From: Lepidodermella squamata
Taxonomy: Eukaryota > Animalia > Gastrotricha
Reading direction: 5' to 3'
NCBI GenBank assembly: GCA_047495785.1
Contig: JBLDXI010000032.1
Coordinates: 2,170,001-2,234,000 of the forward strand
DNA length: 64,000 nucleotides
Shown: in pieces, positions 48,534 to 60,584 of the stretch
Position numbering within the stretch: position 1 is the stretch's first letter
How the letters are laid out: each line of letters starts with the position of its first letter
Made by a program: the position numbers and the translations under genes
Notes under the pieces: generated by a model
Told to the model about the DNA's origin: nothing
Databases searched by the model: none
What the model saw: only the letters and a program-made list of their open reading frames with translations

Positions 48534-48705
48534 CACTTTTTCTAATTCAATCTCACAGCTTAGCGTACATTTTCATCACATAATTTTTCTAAGCGGCTTC
48601 CTTCTAAATGATAAACCTTTCCGCGGGAAGGATTTGAAACTTCATGTCAGTAAACTCTTTGTCTAAGGTTTTTTACTTCACTTTTAGTTGCATTATACCG
48701 AAATA

Positions 48706-50157
48706 ATGGCTATCTTGTATCGGCTGAGTGCATTCTTCACCCTGTCCTTCTGCCTCGGCTTCGCTTGCGCTAGGGCTGTAGTCAACGATGAAGGCCGGCT
48801 TGTCGAGCATCTTCTGCATGGTTACAAGGATCGCGGAAGTGGCTTGGCGCGCCCTCTGGAAGACTCAAACGACCGCCTCAATGTCACTATCAAAGCCATC
48901 ATCAGCGAATTCATTGGTCTCGAGGACACTACTATGACGATGCAGGTTGCTGGGGTAATCCGAGCTCAATGGACTGATGCCTATCTGACGTGGAACCCTG
49001 AAGACTTCGGTGGCATTGAATCGACCCCTTTGCAGAGCAATGATATATACCTACCAGTCATAATGCGCAGTAGTTCGGCGGCTGAACTATCTCCCCTTTT
49101 CGCGAGAGATTCTGATACCCAATCCATGATTTGGGTCGACTATAAAGGCACTGTCTATGCTACTGTTTCTGGTGTTTTCTCCACAGACTGCGAAATGAAC
49201 CTTCTCGCCTTCCCATTCGATCGCCAAACCTGCGAGTATGTGTTCCAAGTCTGGCAACACTCTGATAAGCAAGTCGTTCTTCAACTCAACCCATACGAGC
49301 CATTCCGACTCGAAGCCGAGACTGCAGGGACTCAGGCACTGTGGATCATCGAAAAAATGGATGTTGAAACTCGTCTTGTGGAACTGGAAGTCGCTAACTT
49401 CTCTGCTGTAGCCTACAAGATTCAAGTTAAAAGGCGTACAGAGCACTACACTTTCAGCCTCATCGTCCCATGTGGTTTGATGTCAGCTATAGTTTTATCG
49501 ATATTTTTCCTACCCTACAGAGGGCAACGTGTTGTCTTTGCGATAACTTTGGTATGGACCCTCCGCCTGTTCCAACAATCAATCGCTGCGAAGGTACCCG
49601 TCACCAACGAGCCGATACAAATTTTGAAGGTTTCATTACTTCTCTTTCATAGTCGAATTAGTTTTCATGATTCCCATTAGTTTACAACGAGTCAAATGGT
49701 CATCGGAATTCTCGCGACCATTGAGAGTGTTCTCATGGTATACTGGCTGGATGCTGATAAGGTGAATGACATCCCGCGCTGGCTGATTCATTTCCACGCC
49801 GGGGTGCGGCGCATCACTGCCTTTTTCTGTCGTTGGATTCCGAGTGAAGACGAAGAATTTGAGCAGGCCGAACGAGAAGAGGAAGCTCGGCAGGCTGAAA
49901 TGGATAAAAAACTCGAAGCCCTAGGCATTCAACGCCCGGAACCCAGTCGCCAGGGCTCTACTTTGCACAGCATTAGCAGCATTTTTCGCACTACCCATTC
50001 GAATAACAAAGATGACAAATCCCTGGACAAAAGAACGCGAATGCTGCGAAAGGAGCGCCGCGATAATAATTGGTACGACTGCGTTGCTCTAGTCGACCGT
50101 GTAGCATTCCTTGTCGCTTTTGGGTTTACGATTGGATTCGCTACAGCTTACCTTTGA
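48706..50157 (+). CDS. Cys-loop ligand-gated ion channel subunit 2 (atypical M2)
   Basis: Exons 48706-49629 and 49681-50157. Cys-loop CEMNLLAFPFDRQTC; M2 GQRVVFAITLVWTLRLF; M4 preceded by W..CVALVDR. Confidence 0.92.
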
Positions 50158-50628
50158 TCTAAATAATGGATCGACATGATTGACAGCTCTATATTGTTCA
50201 GTGCAATTATAGTTGACGCTTTATATTATTCACCACTTTTAATCAATAAAGACGTGAATTTGTTGACAATGAAGAGTTCAACTTTTGTTCCGAAGTGGGT
50301 GATATTTCACGCTTGTCAATCGTCGTCATGCGGAATTATTAGTTCGAGAAACGTCACATGAGGGATAAACATAAATGTGCCGAGGTTTGAGGTCGAGCGT
50401 TTCAGAGGATATCAAATAATGGAAAGGACGTTTTATGAGTGATGATATATCTAATTTTCGAAAAACAGCACATTTTGTCTATCTAATGAAGCGTAAATGA
50501 TGCGTCCTTCATTGTAATGAGTCTTTCGCCACGCTCAATTAGCTTGATTGACTGTGACAGTGATTTTTCTAGATTGGAATTTATGGTCTGTAGCTTTTAG
50601 GTGCCTGGTATCCCAAGTAAAAGAAGCA

Positions 50629-52137
50629 ATGATATTCGCAATTTTAATTTCAATAATGCGAATTTTGCTGAGAATGATCACTCCACTTATATACGCGACT
50701 TTGATCACAGAGATCATTAGCCAAACGCCGCCTACTCTCGCTCGAAATTCTACATTCGAGAAGAACGATGAAGCTCGCCTTATCGAGGACCTCCTGAGTA
50801 CCTACTTGGCTCGTGGAGCTGGTTTGGCTCGGCCCGTGGCTGATTCTCGAGAACGATTGAGTGTGACCATGAAGTTTGTCATCCATGAATACGAAGGCAT
50901 TCAGGATGTGACTAAAAGAATGCAAATTGCTGGTTTGCTCAAGGCCTCTTGGAATGATATCTATCTTTGTAAGTTCATGCATTAATTCATTCAACGCCTG
51001 GGAATTAATCTCTCGCCTTTAACAGCATGGGACCCGCAAGAATACGGAGGCTTAGATGTGGTGCCGCTGAGAGGCGACAACATTTACCTGCCTGTGATTG
51101 TTCGTCAATCGAGCGCGGCGGAGATGACGCCAATTTTCTCACGAGAAGGTGGGCTATCCACCCTAATCTGGGTCGACTACAAAGGCAACGTCTACGCTAC
51201 TGTGGCTGGTGTGTTCAAAACGGATTGCCAGCTCGATCTCGAAGCCTTCCCATTCGACAACCAGACGTGCGACTTCGTATTTCAGGTGTGGCAACATTCC
51301 GAGAAGCAACTCGCTCTCAAAATCGACCCTGTTGAGCCGATCAGTCTGAACGTAAAAACAAGCGGATCCCAGGCCATGTGGATGATTGACTCGCTGGCTG
51401 CAGCCGAGCGCCTCGCCACCCTCGACATTGCCAACTTCTCAGCTGTAGTCTACACGATCAAAACAAGCCGAAGATCGGTGTACTACATCTGGAATCTGAT
51501 TGTCCCGTGTGCCATGTTGTCGACCGTCCAACTCGCGGCTTTCTTCATGCCGTACGGGCCTGAGCGAGTCATGTTCGCCATCACGCTTGTGTTGTCGCTA
51601 CATCTGTTCCAAGACTCAGTTGCTAGGCAGCTACCAGCAACTGCCGAGCCGATTCCTATCGTAAAGTACAGTGGATCTCAAATGATGATTGGTATCATGG
51701 TGACTATCGAGAGCGTTATGATGATCTATCTTCTGGAGATTTTGGGAGGTAGACAGGTGCCGAAATGGCTCTCAAGCCTTCGAAACCACATCTATACTCC
51801 TGGCCGTATGCTGCGCCTGAAATTTGCAGCTTACCACGACAAGGAGATGGGAAATGCTGAAACCTTTATCGCGAAGGAGAGCAATCCGCCAGAATATGAC
51901 GCTCAGCCTGCAGACGGATTTTTGTCGACATACTCCAACTCGCGAATGGGCAGCCGCGTTCCGAGTCGTCTGACATTGAACAACCAGTCGTCGGTCACCG
52001 ATAAAGCGAAGATGACCGTTGAAGAGAAGGAAGAGCGACGAGATGAATGGCGCGACACCATTCTGATGTTTGACCGCATGGTTTTCGTTGGATGCCTATC
52101 GGCAACAATTGGTATTCCAGCATCCCTTTTGCTCTAA
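50629..52137 (+). CDS. Cys-loop ligand-gated ion channel subunit 3
   Basis: Exons ~50629 (start uncertain: 50629, 50656 or 50674)-50968 and 51026-52137. Cys-loop CQLDLEAFPFDNQTC; four TM segments. Confidence 0.92.
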
Positions 52138-52928
52138 AGAGGAGGACGAGGAGGTGTAAAGAGTGCATGAGAACTACGTCAGTTAGACTTCATTGAATAT
52201 CTCTGATTTTGTGATTTGAGCTCATTTTGCACACAAACGTATACAGCAATCCTGGTTGATTAATGTTGTTGACTGTTTTAGTAACAGAATTTGATAAGAG
52301 TTGTAAGATTTACATCGTTGCTTCAGTAAATGAATAAATAAATCTATTTTTGATATCCATTGATTTTTGTGAGATTTCCAATGATTCGAAGGCATATGGA
52401 AATTCACGATACTGTAAAATCTCGAAGCGCTGTTTCAGAAGAGAGCACTAGACATACAGAGAGTTTCGACCTCAGCATAGTTCAGCATAGTTCCCTTTAG
52501 TGGGAAAGGGAGTTGATTTTCACGTTGGATAATCGCCAGAACTTCCAGTCCTGTAGCCATCAGTTCAGATTTCTTGAAAATGATGTATAAAAATGAGATA
52601 CACTTTTTTAAATCTCTCCTCCCTATAGTCTCAAACCCTCCCATTGAGATCTCGGCAAGCGAACTTCATAAAACGAACTTCATAATTCACTCGATTAACA
52701 TTTATTTTTCTCAAATTTGGTGCGAGTTACGCAAAACTAGGATGAAATGCTTCAACGTTTTCATGCGTACTTAGCTGAAACCTACGATTTTACTAAGAAA
52801 CAGCGAGATTTCATGCAAGAGATCATGCAATATTTGACTAGTTCAAACGGAATCTAAACGTTCGAATCCTAAATCTTCACTGAGTCTATCGCAAACGTAT
52901 CCATCGAAATCAGCTTTCCGATCGATCT

Positions 52929-54411
52929 TCAGAAAACTCTGTAGAAAACAGATGCAGGAATGCCAACTGTAGCCATCAAGCAAAGGACGAAAACTGCTCG
53001 GTCGAACATCAAAATGGTATCGCGCCACTCGTCTTCGCGCTCATTCTTCTCCTCAACGGTCATTAAACCAGCTTGCCGATCTGCAAGATCCAATCGGCTG
53101 CTCATTCTACTCAGCTGTCGTGAGCCAGTGGCGCTTCCGATGAACGACCTTGATCCAGGAAGAAGATCAACAGGCTCGCCAGCTTCAGCAGCCTTAGTCA
53201 AGGCTTTTTCGACGCCGGCTTCCAGAGCTGTTTTATCGCCAAAGGGAAGGCGGAACTTTTCCAAATTCAGTCTGCCACGGGTGTAGATGACGTTACGAAT
53301 CTTTCGCAGCCAGTCCGGAACTCTACGTCGGCCAAGAATTTCGAGACCGTAAAGCATGAAAACGCTTTCGATTGTCACCATGATCCCGATCATCATCTGA
53401 GAGCCGCTGTATTTCATTATAGGAATCGGCTCGGCAGTTGCAGGTAGTTGCCTGGCCACTGATTCTTGGAACAGATGTAGCGACAACACAAGCGTGATGG
53501 CGAACATGACTCTTTCAGGGCTGTATGGCATGAAGAAAGCTGCAAGTTGGACCGTCGACAGCATAGCGCATGGTATAAGCAAGTTCCAAATGTAATAGAC
53601 AGATCTTCGGCTTGTCGTGATGGAATAGACCACAGCGGAGAAGTTGCCGACATCGTAGCTTAGAACAGCTTCCTTCGCCTTGAGTTCATTGACCATCCAC
53701 ATTGCCTGGGTGCCACTAGTATCTGTTCGCAGGCTTATCGCGTCAGTCGGGTCGATTTTCAGTGATAGCTGAGACTCGGAATGCTGCCAGACTTGGAAAA
53801 CGTAGTCGCAGCGCTGCGTGTCAAACGGGAACAGGTCGAAGTCGATTTGACAGTCCGTCTTAAAGATGCCAGCAACTGTTGCGTAGACATTGCCCTTGTA
53901 ATCGACCCAGATCAGGGCAGCCAAACCGCCCTCTCGTGAGAAAATCGGCGTCATCTCAGCAGCGCTGGATTGGCGGATGATGACTGGAAGGTAGATCGCA
54001 TCTCCCCGCAACGGGATAACATCGATGCCGCCGTATTCTTCCGGGTTCCATCCTTTAAGAAGGACTCTTATCATCTTCTTTGTTCTCTTCAGAAAACTTA
54101 CCAAGATAGATGTCGAGCCATGTTAGTTTCAGCATTCCAGCTAGACGCATTCGCTTCTCAACGTCCTGAATGCCCTCGAATTCATTGATGATGAACTTGA
54201 TTGTGACCGTGAGTCGACTTCTTGAATCGGAAACCGGCCGTGCTAGTCCTGCCCCGCGAGCTTTGTAGCCATGCAATAAATCTTCGATCAAACGCGCTTC
54301 GTCATTCTTGACCATTGTTTCTCGGACGTAATCTGTTGAGTTGCTGCCATTTTCAGCGGCAAATCCGTTAGCAATCAAGCAAATAGTTATGAACACGATG
54401 CAGGCAAACAT
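52929..54411 (-). CDS. Cys-loop ligand-gated ion channel subunit 4
   Basis: Exons 54411-54102 and 54052-52929. Signal peptide; Cys-loop CQIDFDLFPFDTQRC; four TM segments. Confidence 0.92.
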
Positions 54412-54851
54412 TTCTGCTCAGTTTAAGCACTAGCGATTGTGAAGATAGGTATATAAGCCCTATCTGGAATCTTCGGTAATCCAATTTTCACGCATGATTT
54501 ACGATTGTCTGTCGTGATTGCTGAATCAGAAATGATAAGAATTAGATGCGATTTGATCGCTCGCAATTGATTGAGACCCTAGATAATTGCTTCTTCGGTC
54601 TAATTATTGAACCGTGTCATCATCCCATGACGTTGTCTTGAACAGTCCGCGGGCATTTGAACTAAAACCCAAAATGTCAACCTGATAGCGATTGAAGTGA
54701 ATAACGTGTCAATCAAATGCACTGACAAATCTGTTGTCGTTTGCTTTATTTAATAAACATCAGTTGCTGTTCGGAATTCTTGTGAAAAACAGGTTATTCC
54801 TATACTTTTACACGATAGTGTGACATTAATTGTGAAAGAATTGATTGCAAT

Positions 54852-54990
54852 CAGTGCCGGATTTCCATCAGGCAAAACAAGGCAAATGCCTTAGGGCCCC
54901 GTGACATCAAACTTGATCTATTTAAGGGGCCCCCATGAGAAAGATTGCCTAAGGCCCCGAAACAACTGGAATTGGGATAAACCGGCGTTG
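54852..54990. mobile_element. 139-bp hAT-like MITE inserted in the last codons of the cystatin-like gene
   Basis: TIR cagtgccggattt / aaaccggcgttg; exact 8-bp TSD attgcaat (54844-54851, 54991-54998). Confidence 0.8.
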
Positions 54991-55428
54991 ATTGCAATCT
55001 TGGTTACGCTCAAAGTCCTGCAGTTCAGGGATAATTTTTCGAGCGACAAACATCGGAGGTTCATCAACGTAAAGTATGACGCATTCAGTTTGGCTGATTT
55101 TGACCTATAATTACAAAAGAAATGAAATCATTCCAGCTTATAATTTTAAAAGGTGAATACTCACCATTATTTCGTAGCTCATGGCACTGTTCATCCTTTG
55201 TTGGTGACAGAAAGAAAGCGGCTTGAATAGATCAAGCTTGGTCAGGTCAGTTTTTCTCAGAAAATCTCGTCGAATCGTTGTATGGAACTCTTCTTTTAGC
55301 TGTTGTGGAGCCTGGGAGAAACGCTGCGCACCCGAACAAAGGTTCGAATAGTAGTAAGGCCTGCCTGCATCACACAGGTAAGCGACAAAAGTGAGGACCA
55401 AAGCAGTAAACAAGGCAGACCTAATCAT
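54949..55428 (-). CDS. Secreted stefin/cystatin-like protein
   Basis: Exons 55428-55165 and 55104-54949. Signal peptide; FKPLSFCHQQRMNSAMSYEIMVKISQTECVILYVDEPP resembles the stefin pattern F....Y..QVVAG.NY.IKV......VHL.V, but QxVxG is degenerate. Confidence 0.55.
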
Positions 55429-55567
55429 GATTTTAGTAGCAATAATACTAACCAGCAGGTTTGAAAGAATGTTTTTTACCCAGTATTTAGCGCTTTTGCC
55501 ACATATTTTATCTACTTACACGTGCGATAACATGTGATACAGGAGGAATGCTGGTTTGAGAACAAAC

Positions 55568-56556
55568 CATAGAGCTAGTTTTAAGATAGAGGTCCTACTC
55601 CTGACAAAGCCTGTAAACGCCATGGGCGCCAGATGTTGTGATGAATCAGCATCGAGTGGTTGGAAAAGTAAACAAATCAGGTGATTTTTCGATTCCCGAA
55701 TTCTCATTCATGGAAATTTTCTTCATGAAAAATTTGGTGGTGCCAGATAGTGCTTCAAAGGGGGAACACTGCCATTATTATTTCGAAATTTTCAGGGGAA
55801 TTTAAAGCGGATAAAACATGGAAAAACAATTATTTGACTGAGAATTAATGAAAATCAACTAATTATTAAATCGAAATTGAAACCTATTTCGAATAGGGTG
55901 GATAATCCTGATCAAGCTCTACATTTTGGTGCTTGGAGCGAGCTTGGACGATGTTTTTCTGATTTTCTACAAAATTGTATCAAGTATTCTGCGTGGTTTT
56001 ACATTGTAAATAGAGATTGCAGGTTGGATTCAATCCACAATCTTCGTTGACAGCACGTGCGCTACGTGCACGTAATGTGGCTGAATCGAGTCCAGAGCTG
56101 GATCCAGAGTTCGAATGTAGTGAAAAACCATTCATTCAATGTATAAAAAAATTCCAGAAAAATAAAAAAAAATTCTTCCAAGCTCGCTCCAAGCATAGAA
56201 ATTTAGAGGTTGATCAGAATTACCTGGCCCATAAAAAATACGCTTCAATTTCGCTACCATATCGGCAGTTGTCATGTTTTATTAATTGATGAATATTCTT
56301 TTTATGCGATTTTCCCCATTTCAAAAATCATTAAAATTTCGGAAAAATAATCAATGTGATCGTCGTTTCAAGGGCTATCTCGAACCGCCGGGAATGATTG
56401 ATTATGATTAATCGCTCAAGAATAATGAGCGATCTAAAATCACCTGATTTGTTTACTTTTCCAACCACTCGATGCTGATTCATCACAACATCTGGCGCTC
56501 ATGGCGTTTACAGGCTTTTTCAGGAGTAGGACCTCTATCTTAAAACTAGCTCTGTG
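55568..56556. mobile_element. Non-autonomous DNA transposon with ~120-bp TIRs, CATAG/CTGTG ends and 8-bp TSD (P-like or hAT)
   Basis: Near-perfect TIRs 55568-55688 / 56437-56556; TSD gaacaaac; additional internal inverted pair ~55897-55949 / ~56177-56224. Confidence 0.85.
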
Positions 56557-56570
56557 GAACAAACAAATTA

Positions 56571-56738
56571 CCGTTAAAAAGTGAAAAGTGGGGTTTAGCG
56601 AATTTTCTGTATTTTCCAGAGGGTTTTTTTTATTCGCAACCTCTTTTTGATATCGTTCGACTCCTCGTTGATTGAACTTGAAAGTGACATCAACATCTCA
56701 AACCTTTTCGTCGAACCCCACTTTTCACTTGTTAAGGG
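56571..56738. mobile_element. Small MITE
   Basis: ccgttaaaaagtgaaaagtggggtt / aaccccacttttcacttgttaaggg inverted ends. Confidence 0.55.
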
Positions 56739-57157
56739 TCATAATGTTACATATTAGTTCCACGCAACCAGATGATAAAGACACCGTGACTAATTTAAAG
56801 TTGGCGTCCTTACATGTCAGGTAAAATGTTGACGAATTATGTTCATAAATCTAAAAAATTATCGCGGTTGATGATTTCCGTTTATTTCGCGTGGTGCCGT
56901 CAATCAAAAACATAGAGAAGATCAACAAATTAACTTCAATTTACATTTTATTTGATCACAAAAAAATACATTTTAATCGGCAATAATTTCGAAAGACTTT
57001 TCGAAAGACCCGGAAAAATGATGATTTTTCAAGTGATATGACAAAAATTTGTGAACAAAATGATAATAAAAAACTGATATAAAAAAATATATGTTATCAG
57101 TTTATCAATCAGTCTAATGAATCCTAGACCATTATTAGGCCTTGATCTTCCTGAAAC

Positions 57158-58616
57158 TCATAGAACCACCAACGAAGCTGGTATTCCGATAGTAGCCGCA
57201 AGGCAGCCGACGAAGACGACGCGATCGAACATGAGAATGGTATCGCGCCACTCCTCCTGACGTTCCTCCTTCTCCTCCGTTGTCATGATCGATTTGCCAC
57301 CCTGATGGCTCAGCGTCATGGCACTCGCGGCTCGACTGCCCATCTTAGAATTCAGCGCTGATTCGCCGTTGAGTATGGAATTGTTCTGACCAGGCTTGAT
57401 GAAGCCTTCAGACAAACCACCGCCTTCTACGGCCTGCTCCTCCTGCTGGAATCGTAACTTCAGCGCCCAATCCGCCAATCGGCTTCGCGTATAGATCTGA
57501 TTTCTCAGGTTGGTCAGCCATTTAGGGACTTGACGGTTGCCCAGTACTTCGAGGCCGTAGATCATCATGACGCTCTCAATAGTCACCATGATACCAATCA
57601 TCATTTGAGATCCACTGTACTTCACTATCGGAATCGGCTCGGCAGTTGCTGGGAGCTGCCTGGCGACTGAGTCTTGGAACAGGTGTAACGACAACACAAG
57701 CGTGATGGCGAACATGACACGCTCAGGCCCGTAAGGCATGAAGAAAGCCGCGAGTTGGACGGTCGACAACATGGCGCACGGGACAATCAGATTCCAGATG
57801 TAGTACACCGATCGTCGGCTTGTTTTGATCGTGTAGACCACCGATGAGAAGTTGGCAATGTCGAGGGTGGCGAGGCGTTCCGCAGCCGCCAGCGAGTCAA
57901 TCATCCACATGGCCTGGGCTCCGCTTGATTTCACGTTCAGGCTGAACGGTTCAACTGGGTCGATCTTGAGGGCGAGTTGCTTCTCGGAATGTTGCCACAC
58001 CTGAAATACGAAGTCGCACGTCTGGTTGTCGAACGGGAAGGCCTCGAGATCGAGCTGGCAGTCAGTTTTGAACACGCCAGCCACAGTTGCGTAGACATTG
58101 CCTTTGTAGTCGACCCAGATTAGGGTGGATAGCCCACCCTCTCGTGAGAAAATTGGTGTCATCTCTGCCGCGCTTGATTGGCGAACAATCACAGGCAGAT
58201 AGATGTTGTCGCCTCTCAGCGGGACTACATCCAAGCCACCATAATCGGCCGGATCCCAGGCTATAATTTTCCAAGGTAATTTATTAAATTTTGCGGATGA
58301 ATAAAATCTTACCAAGATAAATGTCTTGCCAATAAGCTTTGATCATACCAGCAAGTCTCATGCGCTTCGTGACGTCATGTATGCCCTCGTACTCGTTGAT
58401 TATGTACTTGATGGTCACGGTTAATTTGTCACGGTAATCGGCCACGGGACGAGCCAGCCCACCTCCCCGGGCTTGGTAATCGAGCAGCAGTCGTTCGATC
58501 AATCGGGCTTCGTCATTTTTATCATGGATAGTTCTATTGGCGGGGAAACGTTTCGCTTCAGCTTGGACCAGGATAGCGATGATGGAACCGAAAATCACAA
58601 GTTGGAAAAAAGTCAT
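57158..58616 (-). CDS. Cys-loop ligand-gated ion channel subunit 5
   Basis: Exons 58616-58313 and 58260-57158. Signal peptide; Cys-loop CQLDLEAFPFDNQTC; four TM segments. Confidence 0.92.
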
Positions 58617-59018
58617 TTTTTTAAGGTGTTATAGCGATATCTTGATATGTTTTATATGAACAATTTTAGGCAGCGACCTGGTTATAAAACCCTCAGGTCA
58701 CGCTTCGATTGCTCTTGTTGATGGTCTAATTTTATCAAGGGCTTCCTGTCACCAATTAACAGTGGATTGATGATTATTATCTGACTGGCATGTGTCCTAG
58801 TCGTTTTGTATAATCGTCACTTTATAAACGCACCCAAGTGCATCGTTCCGGAACGTGAAATTTTCAAAATTCAGTTTCGGTTAAAACTGGGGGATCTGAA
58901 GGTTTGTATACATTGTTGATTCGATACACAGACGCTGGAATTTTTGTGTCTTAGCTTTTAGACCTTGAAGTTCTAAAAAAATTAACGGTAAGACGATGAT
59001 GAATCAGCATTGATTATT

Positions 59019-59624
59019 TTAATCAATGTGCAAATAATTGAAGCATGTAGAAGTTATTGTTATGAATAAGGTCATCAAAACCGAAAGAACCAGCCAATTC
59101 TGACGGTAAGATGAATCAGCTCGGAATTGCGATTGAGCAGAATTGCAGCCATCCGTGTTGTTGCAACACTTGACGTTGCCGAAATAGTAGCCCTCGATCA
59201 AGGCATAGCCTTCCTAATTCATTGAAAATTTAGGAAATATTACGGTTGTAATGCAAAAAATGTATACCGGGCAAATATAGTTGGGCGGCCTTTTTAAATA
59301 ACAGTCACGATTTATCGAATAAGTTGTATCTTGGCTTTGATTGAAGTAAACCTGAATTGAAAAACAATTAATTGAATTTTATTTATGAAATTCCGAACAT
59401 ACAATGCAACTGTAAGATGAGTTCGGGCACCCTGTCAAAGTTAGCGCTCGATAACTCGGAGCCGGGCAATTTTGGCAGACATAGCATGATAGCGCCGAGC
59501 TTTCTCGAACCCCGACGATAATCGCAAATATCGAAACAATGAAACAGAATTTAAGCAGCCGTGAATTGAAGTTGAATTTTGATAGCAAAGTCTGGAAGTT
59601 GCAGAAATATTTCATCGAATCCAT
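59019..59624 (-). CDS. Ly6/uPAR (three-finger) domain protein, predicted GPI-anchored (quiver/sleepless/Lynx-like)
   Basis: Exons 59624-59403, 59351-59268, 59213-59019 in frame. Signal peptide, LSCYVCQNC..GC..SC..RDC..C..CCNNTDGCN (10 Cys), then a hydrophobic C-terminal tail. Confidence 0.88.
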
Positions 59625-60584
59625 TTGTGATGCTCATAAAAGTGAATCATTTGGTCAAGAGTAAGGAATTAATAGGCCTTAAATAGGTAATGAGTGGCGG
59701 TGATGCTGCGAAATTTTACAATTTTCTATGGTCTCTTTTACACTAGCAAGTGTTTTGTTTACTCGTGTTTATTTTCGACACGATTCTCAGACGCCGCTGT
59801 GGAGGTGTTGTAGTATACCGGTGAGAAAATAAGCTGCAGTATTTCACACCAAGTATGACTAATAAATTATACTTTAATTTTAGTGACTATTGTTCCAATG
59901 TGTGTTAGTCGAGACAAGGTAAACACAGAATCGATAATCGATAATCAATAATCAATAATCAATAAAATAAAAAAAATATGATAAAAATTGCTGACAGAAT
60001 CTTGAAGGTGGAATACTCATCCTTTTTCTTCGATATAAAGACAATTCATAAATGTTATTGCTTGAAACTTTCGGTTGGTTTGCTTTTATATTGTATGAAG
60101 TATGAGGTTCCGTCCTAGACCCCAGCTCGAGAGGTCCAGGTAAGAAAATCAGAAAAAACTACAGGGGTGAAACTGTGGTCCGAACTTTGGTCCGAGTATT
60201 TGGGGCCGAAAATACCCGAAAGTAACCCCTAACTCGAGGATCCTAATTCGCAAACTGTGCTTTTACGTAAATTCCGCCTTTTAAAATCGAAATATTGGAA
60301 ACAAAAGACGTCAGAGACTGCTTTGGTATAGGAAACGCCTCCAGTCTAGCCTTATTTATTCAAACACCCTGCTGTAGATCATGTTCTATAGCGTATCCTT
60401 TCAATTATTTTAATAAATTGTGTCGAAAAAAGAATGGGCATGAGAAAGTTTTTCGACAATGATGTTTACCTTGGCCCATCACCCAGACAGCGGGGAATAA
60501 ATCATGCAGAGGTCTAGCTTGTTAATTCATTGGTTGTTTTGTTGAAAGTTCGCGCTAAATATTTGACACAATTTTTCTAAAAAA

